Source: an uncultured Bifidobacteriaceae bacterium (GTDB lineage Bacteria > Verrucomicrobiota > Verrucomicrobiia > Limisphaerales > UBA11358). Taken from it: a DNA stretch of 64,000 nucleotides. Of the stretch, positions 19,085-26,010 are shown piece by piece (position 1 is the stretch's first letter; the number at the start of each line of letters is the position of its first letter). The stretch covers positions 1,275-65,274 of the forward strand of contig CAYVGC010000005.1 in NCBI GenBank assembly GCA_964449815.1. Direction: 5' to 3'. The notes beneath the pieces are model-generated. The model was not told where the DNA came from. It ran no database searches and saw nothing but the letters and a program-made list of their open reading frames with translations. The position numbers and the translations under genes were made by a program.

Positions 19085-19228
19085 GCGAAGCGTCTTGGAG
19101 TGCGCCAGCCCTCTGGCGCTTTGGGCGGGCGCGACGCCGGAAACGGCCACCGGGACGGGCGCGCTCCCCGGCAATGTCCCAGCCGGGCGGCCAATGGCAG
19201 TTTGGGGTGGACGAACGGGGCAATGGGT
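19085..19228. repeat. ~150-bp dispersed repeat, copy 2 (family B)
   Basis: Aligns with 18549-18708. A third partial copy of the tail GGTGGACGAACGGGGCAAAGGGCG is at 18964-18987. Confidence 0.8.
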
Positions 19229-19265
19229 GTTTGAATTTCAACAACGTCAAAGGCGAACAATTAAA

Positions 19266-20513
19266 ATGAAAATCATCTCCGTTATTATTGCGATTGCAGC
19301 GTCGCTCACATGGCAGGCCGGAGCGCAGACTTACGACACGAACAATGATTTTGTGCAGACGTTTGCTGGCTCTGCGTTCTATGGCTATTTGGATGGGCAA
19401 GGACAGGCCACAATGTTCAGCGGCCCAATGGCGATTGTTTCTGACTCACAGACTAATTTGTATGTTTGGGATTATTGGTCGAATATGAAAATCCGAAAAA
19501 TAACGCCAGATGCAACGGTTACGACATTCGCTGGCGGAGGAAATCAAACTCCGGGTGTTGGAATTGTTGGGACAAACGCCAACCTTGGCAATTTATTGAA
19601 CGGGGCTGTGAGCATGGCAGTTGATCGGAACAATACCACTTGGCTTTTCAACGAGACTTCGCTTTACACGATTACAAGCAACGGGGTAGTTTCAATGACC
19701 AACCTCGCTATTGGAATATCTTCAGGCATGTGTATGGACTCAAACGGCAAAATCTACCTTTCTATTGGCAACCAAATTTACCAATACAACACGAATGGTT
19801 CTGCGTCTGTTTTTGTTGGCTCTGGCAATTCTGGGGCAATTGATGGAAACGGGGTATTTACTTCATTCTCCAGCCCCAAAGCTTTGGCGTGTGACTCCGC
19901 AAACAACATTTACGTTTGGGATTCTGGAAATTATTTGATTCGCAGGATTGACCAGAGCCGGAATGTCGTGACAATTGCTGGGCACAATGGCGGTCCAAAC
20001 GAACCAATTGCCGATGGTGTTGGAACAAACGCTTCTTTTGCCGGAACGGGGATTCTCGCGATGTGCGCCGATAATTCTGGCAACCTTTATTTTGCCTGTG
20101 GCAGTTGCATCCGAAAAATGGACGCGCAAACAAACGTGGTCACGTTGGCCGGCAGCTTTACTCAAACCGGATATACGAATGGCGCGGGCAACCTGGCGCG
20201 TTTCAATGGCGCGGATGGTATCTGCATTTCGGGCGGCACAATTTATGTCAGCGATTATAGCAATTATCGCGTTCGGCAAATCAGTTTCAATCCGCAACCG
20301 CAAGTTGTTACCGGCCCCAATATCGGCATTGGCACTTTTGCTGGCGTCACCATCACCGGCTTGGTTGGCCGCACATATCAAATCCAATCGTCGCCCGACA
20401 TGAACTCTTGGACGACGCGAGCGACACTCCTGCTCAATTCCAGCCCCTACCTGTGGATTGATCAAAACCCCGTGAGCGGAAACAAATTTTACCGGGCTAT
20501 CCTTTTGCCGTGA
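19266..20513 (+). CDS. Secreted NHL/beta-propeller repeat protein
   Basis: ATG 19266 gives the signal peptide MKIISVIIAIAASLTWQAGAQ. Repeated ...YV(W/S)D..N..IR(K/R)I... blocks are typical of NHL repeats. The C-terminal YQIQSSPDMNSWTT...NKFYRAILLP tail is common in secreted proteins of this kind of genome. The upstream part of ORF 19017..20513 is translated repeat DNA. Visibly AT-richer than the core. Confidence 0.7.
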   Translation: MKIISVIIAIAASLTWQAGAQTYDTNNDFVQTFAGSAFYGYLDGQGQATMFSGPMAIVSDSQTNLYVWDYWSNMKIRKITPDATVTTFAGGGNQTPGVGIVGTNANLGNLLNGAVSMAVDRNNTTWLFNETSLYTITSNGVVSMTNLAIGISSGMCMDSNGKIYLSIGNQIYQYNTNGSASVFVGSGNSGAIDGNGVFTSFSSPKALACDSANNIYVWDSGNYLIRRIDQSRNVVTIAGHNGGPNEPIADGVGTNASFAGTGILAMCADNSGNLYFACGSCIRKMDAQTNVVTLAGSFTQTGYTNGAGNLARFNGADGICISGGTIYVSDYSNYRVRQISFNPQPQVVTGPNIGIGTFAGVTITGLVGRTYQIQSSPDMNSWTTRATLLLNSSPYLWIDQNPVSGNKFYRAILLP

Positions 20514-20525
20514 ACACAAATTAAA

Positions 20526-21275
20526 ATGGCGAAACCTATTCAAATATCTGGCGAGAATGATTTCGAGAAACTTCTGAAACGACTTTCGGATGACATAGTC
20601 AAAGCGCCGGCTTTTTTACGAATTGATAAACGACTGGTTGAATGCTTCGAGAATTATGACGACGAGGTATGCCAAGCTGAATTTTTTTGGGCAATGGTAT
20701 CTGATGCGGTGCGCGAAACCGGCTTGTCAAGGCTTGCCCGCGTCTATGACAAACAAAAAAACGCACTTGGTCTGCCTGCTTTGCTTGTCACAATCAAAGC
20801 AAATAGACATCTGTTCGCCGACCAGGCTGTGACGAAAAGGGTGGGCCGGATGAATGCCTCGTTTGCAGATAGCATTATTCCTGGGAGTCATTTCCCTGAT
20901 TCGCAGGTATTGCAAAATGACTTGGCTTTAGTTTCATACAGTGATCCTTTGGTAAGAAAACTTTTGGATTGGCGTGACAAATTTGGCGCACATATATCAT
21001 CAGAACAAACTATCAAGAGGAATATCCCGGACACAGGATTGCCAACGCAAGATGAGGCGTTCAAGCTCTGCGAACGAGCATTTGATGTTTTTAACAGGTA
21101 TAGCTCTTTATTCCATGCGGTCAGCCATTTGACCACGATCATTGGCGAGGAAGGCAGCGTGGATTCTGTTTTTAGGCATTTAAGGCGTGGACTTACTGCT
21201 GGCCGGAAACAAAGCGACGAGGATGCGGAAAGGTTTTTGCAGGAAATTGAAACAACGAGACGTAAAGCTTCATGA
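20526..21275 (+). CDS. Hypothetical protein, possible HEPN (AbiU2-like) abortive-infection protein
   Basis: 249 aa, all-helical in appearance. WRDKFGAHIS fits the HEPN Rx4-6H motif. The general layout recalls AbiU2-type HEPN proteins from memory. AT-rich, 13 bp downstream of the NHL gene. Confidence 0.35.
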   Translation: MAKPIQISGENDFEKLLKRLSDDIVKAPAFLRIDKRLVECFENYDDEVCQAEFFWAMVSDAVRETGLSRLARVYDKQKNALGLPALLVTIKANRHLFADQAVTKRVGRMNASFADSIIPGSHFPDSQVLQNDLALVSYSDPLVRKLLDWRDKFGAHISSEQTIKRNIPDTGLPTQDEAFKLCERAFDVFNRYSSLFHAVSHLTTIIGEEGSVDSVFRHLRRGLTAGRKQSDEDAERFLQEIETTRRKAS

Positions 21276-21768
21276 GGATGCGGCGAATGATTTGGCTTTG
21301 TTGAAAGCCGTTGGGCGGTTTGCACCGCTGCCTATTGCCGCGAGTCGCACGGTGAAACTGGGCGGGACGGTGGCCACGGTGGGTTTCCCGGACATCGGGT
21401 TGCAGGGGTTTGCGCCCAAGCTGGCCAAGGGGGAAATCGCGTCGCTGGCGGGCGCGGCGGATGACCCGCGCTATTTCCAGATCAGCCTGCCGGTGCAGCC
21501 GGGCAATTCGGGCGGGGCGCTGGTGGACGCGCGCGGGAACGTGGTGGGCATCGTGGCGGCCAAACTGGATGCGTCGGCGGCGCTGGCGGCCACCGGGTCG
21601 CTGCCGGAGAATGTGAATTATGCGGTGAAAAGCAGCCTGCTCTTGAGCTTCCTCGAATCGGTGCCGGACGTGGCCGCAAAACTCAAGGAACCGAACACGA
21701 AGGATGAATCGTTTGAGGACGTGGTGAAGTCGGCGCAGGCGGCGGCGGTGCTGGTTTTGGTTTATTGA
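21271..21768 (+). pseudogene. 5'-truncated trypsin-like (S1C/DegP-type) serine protease
   Basis: The Asp region (NDLALLK) and the Ser region (QPGNSGGALVD) are retained. The N-terminal His segment and any signal peptide are missing. Homology starts exactly where composition switches from AT-rich back to GC-rich (~21275). Confidence 0.65.
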
Positions 21769-21880
21769 ATCTAATCCAAAAGATGGCAATCCGGTCCCGG
21801 CCCGGCCATGCGTTGGCCGTTGGCCTTTTGCCCCGCTCCTTGCGTCCGGCCAGACCTTGCAGACGGCCACCGTCATTTTT

Positions 21881-22260
21881 GTAGGAGACGAGGTGATGAG
21901 TCTCTAACTTGAAAATAAATTTGGGGCGTCATATTTGAGACTTCTCACGTCGTCTCCTACATTCCGTTGACAATAGCCCAGCCATTTATGGCTGGGTTCA
22001 CGTTTCGGCAACATCCAAAGTCCCGTCCAGGGACGGCAGAATCTTTGCAATTGCCGGGATTTCTTTCGTCCCTGCCGGGACTTGGTTGGATAGGTCCGAC
22101 GATGCCCAGCCATAAATGGCTGGGTTATTTTCGTGGCGTTCCCCAGCGCCATCGGCGCGGCATCTATTGTAGAACCCCAAACCAAAATAAAATCAGCCCC
22201 GTCGGGGCGGCATATCCCCCACATTCCCGGGATGTCGCTCCTATCGGAGCTTGATTCAGT
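21881..22260. repeat. Patchwork of short palindromic REP/MITE-like elements
   Basis: Inverted repeat GTAGGAGACGAGGTGATGAGTCTC (21881-21904) / GAGACTTCTCACGTCGTCTCCTAC (21937-21960), matching at 21 of 24 positions. Hairpins CCCAGCCATTTATGGCTGGG (21977-21996) and CCCAGCCATAAATGGCTGGG (22105-22124). GTCCCGTCCAGGGACGG and GTCCCTGCCGGGAC hairpins lie between them. Only repeat-driven ORFs on both strands. Confidence 0.7.
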
Positions 22261-22798
22261 TTGTTGGCGCAAGCTACAACGATGTCAGCCCTGCGGGCTT
22301 GGCGGCCAATTTCCTTTCGTGTGCTTGGTGTGTTTCGTGGTTAAAATCCGGCCCCGGCCTTTTACCCGTCGTCGGTCTTTGCAGACGACCACCATTTTGG
22401 TTTGGTTTGGAATCTGCGTCCAAACCTTGCGGCTGCGAGATAAAATTTCCGCCACCCCTTCACGGTGGAATTATTTTTGGGGACGTTTTCCCGACGTAGG
22501 AACTGGCGCACCAACACCGGGTTAATATCCGCAGCACCTTCAGGGCTTCGGTTTGGTTGCGCGAGAATTCCTAAAAATCTGTGTTTATCTGTGTGCATCT
22601 GTGGCGGGTTTAATAAAACCCTTTGTTTATTAGGGTTTGCTCGCCGGATGGACGGCCACTGTCAGCAAAAGTGTCAGTCACGGGGCGGATGGTAATACAA
22701 TTCGCCAAAACTGGCCAGAACTTGCTGAAACTTTGCCACAACGCGCGTTCTAAACCGCCGTTGAAACAGGACTGGTATCTCGACAGAGAAAGCCAGTT

Positions 22799-23824
22799 AT
22801 GAAAACGAAATACACCTTGTTCCGGCGCGGCGAAATGTTCTACATGCAGGACAGCGCGACCGGCAAACAGACCAGCCTACGCACCAAAGACGAAACCGAG
22901 GCCAAGAGCCTTTTGGAAGCCCGCAACGCGGCGCAGCGCCAGCCAGTGCTGAATTTGCACCTTGCCCGCGCCTACCTGACAGCCAGCGACCCCGCCTTTG
23001 TGGAACGCACTTGGCAGGTTGTCATGGAACAGATGCAGAGCCGAGGCAAGGACAGCAGCCGCGAGCGTTACGCCAGCGTGTTCAAGTCGCCCAGCTTCGA
23101 CGGCTTGCGAAACAAGAAATTGATGGAAACCACCGCCGACGATTTCTTTGCCGTGTTCAAACAAAACAAAGTCGCCATTAACGAGTTTTTGAAACGGCTG
23201 CATAATTTCGCCGTGCATCTTGGCTGGATTGCCATTCCCATCATTGCGCCCTACCTGTGGCCGAAATACGAACCCAAAGACCGGCGCGGCATCACGCAGG
23301 CCGAGCATGAAAGCGTTTTGCAGAAGGAGAAAAACGCCGAGTGGAAATTGTATCTGGAATTGCTTTGGGAAACCGGCGCGGCGCAGAGCGACGCGGTTAA
23401 TTTCAAGGCCGAGGACATTGACTGGCAGAGCCGGACAATTTCTTATTTCCGAATGAAAACCGGCTCGCTGGCACAGTTCACCATTAGCAAGGCACTGGAA
23501 ACGGTTTTAAGCCATTTGCCGACCACCGGCGCATTGTTCCCGAAGTTGTCCACGTTCACGGCAAACGACCGCGCCAGCCGTTTCCGCCGCCGTTGCCACA
23601 AGGCAGGCGTGACCGGCGTAACGCTCCATTGTTACCGCTACGCATGGGCGGAACGGGCAAAAGTTGTCGGGATGCCGGAACGGTTTGCCCAGGCTGCGCT
23701 TGGGCATAACAGCAAGGCGATTCACCGCGCCTATGCGAAAAAGGCAATCATCGTCGCGCCATCCCTTGAAGAATACGAAGCAAAGGCAGCAGCAGCCACG
23801 CAGCAAAAACTGGTTGCGGCCTAA
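22799..23824 (+). CDS. Tyrosine-type site-specific integrase (integrase 1)
   Basis: C-terminal catalytic region: LHCYRYAWAERA (HxxR) and LGHNSKAIHRAYAK (His/Tyr). At the first-Arg box it reads WETGAAQSD, so Arg I may be substituted. Confidence 0.75.
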   Translation: MKTKYTLFRRGEMFYMQDSATGKQTSLRTKDETEAKSLLEARNAAQRQPVLNLHLARAYLTASDPAFVERTWQVVMEQMQSRGKDSSRERYASVFKSPSFDGLRNKKLMETTADDFFAVFKQNKVAINEFLKRLHNFAVHLGWIAIPIIAPYLWPKYEPKDRRGITQAEHESVLQKEKNAEWKLYLELLWETGAAQSDAVNFKAEDIDWQSRTISYFRMKTGSLAQFTISKALETVLSHLPTTGALFPKLSTFTANDRASRFRRRCHKAGVTGVTLHCYRYAWAERAKVVGMPERFAQAALGHNSKAIHRAYAKKAIIVAPSLEEYEAKAAAATQQKLVAA

Positions 23825-23842
23825 AGCCGTCAAAATAAATCC

Positions 23843-23885
23843 AGCGGTTGAGTCCCCGGCGACTCAACCGCTTTTGGTGTTTTGG
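23843..23885 (+). terminator. Rho-independent terminator after integrase 1
   Basis: AGCGGTTGAGTC-CCCGGC-GACTCAACCGCT 12-bp stem followed by TTTTGGTGTTTT. Confidence 0.75.
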
Positions 23886-24019
23886 GGATTTGCGCCATCC
23901 CCAAGCCCCGCGCCAAAGGGCGTTGCCCTTTGGAATCCGTCACCCGCTCGCGCTGGCCGTATCGCTGACGCGCAGCTTTCCGCACGGCGGAAAGAATAAT
24001 GTTTGGGAAGAAACAACGG

Positions 24020-24358
24020 CTAGGACGCCGCCGCCAAGGAAACGTGACCGTTTATTTCGCCGTTATAGGCATGGTCTTTTTTGCGGGCGTTCTGTTTTTG
24101 CCAGTGCTGGCAAATGGTGTTGCTGACTTTGACCAGCCAAGCGCGGTCTTTCGTCAGTTCCAAAACATCCGCCGTAGCGAAATACTTGGTGGAATTTTGG
24201 GAAAAATTACCGAGCGGCTTGAGCAGCCGCGCATTTACCAGCGCGGGAATATCGTGCGGCTGGCAGTTCAGCACCCAGCCCGCTTGCTCCGCCGTGAGGC
24301 GGGCGGGCAGTTGCCCCAAGAGCGACAGGAAGCGTTGCTGTTCTTCTTTCATGCTCAT
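24020..24358 (-). CDS. Hypothetical small protein, possible DNA-binding/excisionase-like
   Basis: 112 aa, divergent from the downstream genes and adjacent to the integrase. LTAEQAGWVLNCQPHDIPALVNARLLKPLG resembles a helix-turn-helix segment. The function is a guess. Confidence 0.3.
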   Translation of the reverse strand: MSMKEEQQRFLSLLGQLPARLTAEQAGWVLNCQPHDIPALVNARLLKPLGNFSQNSTKYFATADVLELTKDRAWLVKVSNTICQHWQKQNARKKDHAYNGEINGHVSLAAAS

Positions 24359-24452
24359 TCAGTCGCCACAAACGAACAGAAGAGAACACACCGCTTTTAG
24401 AAATATTGAATTGCGAACGTCTTGTGCCTAATATCCAATCAAAACGGGCCGT

Positions 24453-25148
24453 ATGACCGAACGACAAACATTTTTAGAATCTGCGCGTAAATGCTGCGCC
24501 AATGCTGAGCGTCTTTTGAGTGATGCGAGGATGGTGGAGTTTGAAAAGCCAAAGGCAACGCATTATTTTCTTGCGGTGATCTCGCAGGAGGAAGCAGCAA
24601 AAGCATTTCTGCTTTATTTAGTGTCTATTGAGGCCATCCCCTGGACTCCTTTTATTCTACGGGCAACCCGCGACCATCATTGCAAACAGCTCGTCGGAAT
24701 AATTTTGGATTATCTTGCGCCTGATTTTGATAAATGGATGCAGGAAATGGCAATTGCGATTGCCCAAAAAATACCCGTCACATTTCCCAAAACCGTAGCG
24801 GATGCCTTAAACATCCTGTATCACGAAAAAATCAGAAGATGGGAAAACGACCACTGGTTTTGGGCTGAAGACCCCGAATACGATAAACTTGCTCAACAGG
24901 TCGCAGATGGAAAGCGTGACAAGGCCAAGCAACAGGGGTTGTATGTTGACCTCGGAAGAAATGGACAAGTGGCTTCTTTGCCCACACGAATTACGAATGA
25001 GCAAGCGGACGAGGAATTTGAACGGGCGCAGCGTTACCAACGATGCGTGCATGGTCTTTTGGACGGTTCAAGTCAACCACGCGATTTTGAAAAAATAGCA
25101 GATTATTTCAAAGGCATGTTTACGCAGAACTTTTTTATCGAAGCGTAA
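24453..25148 (+). CDS. AbiV-like / HEPN-superfamily abortive-infection protein (putative)
   Basis: The N-terminal pattern C.NAERLLSDARMV...HYFLAVISQEEAAKAFLL resembles the AbiV family from memory. LRATRDHHCK fits the HEPN Rx4-6H motif. Confidence 0.45.
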   Translation: MTERQTFLESARKCCANAERLLSDARMVEFEKPKATHYFLAVISQEEAAKAFLLYLVSIEAIPWTPFILRATRDHHCKQLVGIILDYLAPDFDKWMQEMAIAIAQKIPVTFPKTVADALNILYHEKIRRWENDHWFWAEDPEYDKLAQQVADGKRDKAKQQGLYVDLGRNGQVASLPTRITNEQADEEFERAQRYQRCVHGLLDGSSQPRDFEKIADYFKGMFTQNFFIEA

Positions 25149-25162
25149 TACGATTTTTTTCA

Positions 25163-25726
25163 ATGCAAGACGAAAACCTGATTAAACTTGTCCGCACCTA
25201 CCGCCTCACGGAAGGGCTGGCGGAACGGCTCCGGTTGGCGGAAGCAATTTTTCGCCAGATTGAGCCGGATTTGCGTTTGTTTGTGTTCAACGCCATCCAG
25301 CCGCCAGCCGCCGAGGATGTTTTGCAGGAAATTTTAAAATCCGTCGCCGCCAGCTTGAAGAATTTCCGCCGTGACACGGTGGAAGCATTTCGCTCTTGGT
25401 TATACACGATCGCCCGGAACCGGCTGAATGACCATTTCCGCAAAAAGGCCCGCGATCCCTTGCAGCCCATGCCCAGTGACGAACTTCTGGACTTGCTGGA
25501 CGCATCGGAACAGGCCGAAGCCATGACGGCGGCAGATCGGCACGATTTGGAATATGCCCTGAAATTGCTGGACGGTTCAAAACCCGAATGCCGGGGTTAT
25601 TTGTGGAATCATTATGTGATCGGTTTCGATTACGGCGAGATTGCCGAGGAACAAAACCTGAATTACGATAACGTGAGAATGAAAATTGGGCGGTGCTTGG
25701 ACGAAGCCAAGTCGCTCGTTGCCTGA
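25163..25726 (+). CDS. ECF-type RNA polymerase sigma-70 family factor
   Basis: Region 2 FRSWLYTIARNRLNDHFRKK and region 4 YGEIAEEQNLNYDNVRMKIGRCLDEAK. 187 aa. Starts 15 bp after the AbiV-like stop. Confidence 0.8.
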   Translation: MQDENLIKLVRTYRLTEGLAERLRLAEAIFRQIEPDLRLFVFNAIQPPAAEDVLQEILKSVAASLKNFRRDTVEAFRSWLYTIARNRLNDHFRKKARDPLQPMPSDELLDLLDASEQAEAMTAADRHDLEYALKLLDGSKPECRGYLWNHYVIGFDYGEIAEEQNLNYDNVRMKIGRCLDEAKSLVA

Positions 25727-25728
25727 CC

Positions 25729-25953
25729 ATGCCAAACCAAAACAAAGACGCCGAAGCCGCCCTGCAAAAGCTGGGGCATCGCGTGCGCTTGGGGTGGGCC
25801 AAGAAACACCCCATTTCTGACAAGAGCCTGGAATCGGTCAAGAACACAGTGCGGGAGCAATGGGAGCAGGAGCAGACCGCCAGCCGCGCCAGCAAGCCAG
25901 CGCCAATCCCCGAAAAAGACAGGGGGCCGAAGCCCCCGGAACCAGAGCCATAG
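25729..25953 (+). CDS. Small charged hypothetical protein
   Basis: ATG 25729 lies 3 nt after the sigma-factor stop. 74 aa with a Pro/Glu/Lys-rich tail. No TM segment or zinc motif typical of anti-sigma factors. Confidence 0.4.
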   Translation: MPNQNKDAEAALQKLGHRVRLGWAKKHPISDKSLESVKNTVREQWEQEQTASRASKPAPIPEKDRGPKPPEPEP

Positions 25954-26010
25954 ACTTTTTAACGCCGACGGGGTAACAATTGAAATCGCATCAGAACGGG
26001 GTCGTGAATC

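Noticed and set aside
18276-19400. 374-aa minus-strand ORF, plus ORFs 18085..18963 beyond ~18545 and 19017..19265
   Set aside because: These are translations of GC-rich dispersed repeats (families A and B and the MITE). They are low-complexity and Arg/Pro/Gly/Ala-rich, with no start context.
22505-22521. GCACCAACACCG resembling the tRNA-Leu 3' end and flank (GCACCAACCACCG) as a possible att remnant
   Set aside because: The match is only ~12 nt with an indel, and it lies on the wrong side for a 3'-end tRNA integration given the tRNA orientation. No corresponding tRNA fragment is found at the right island border.
22577-22605. ATCTGTG...ATCTGTGGC copies on both island flanks as attL/attR
   Set aside because: The same motif occurs twice more at 56426-56503 in a core intergenic spacer, so it is a dispersed genomic repeat rather than an island-specific duplication.
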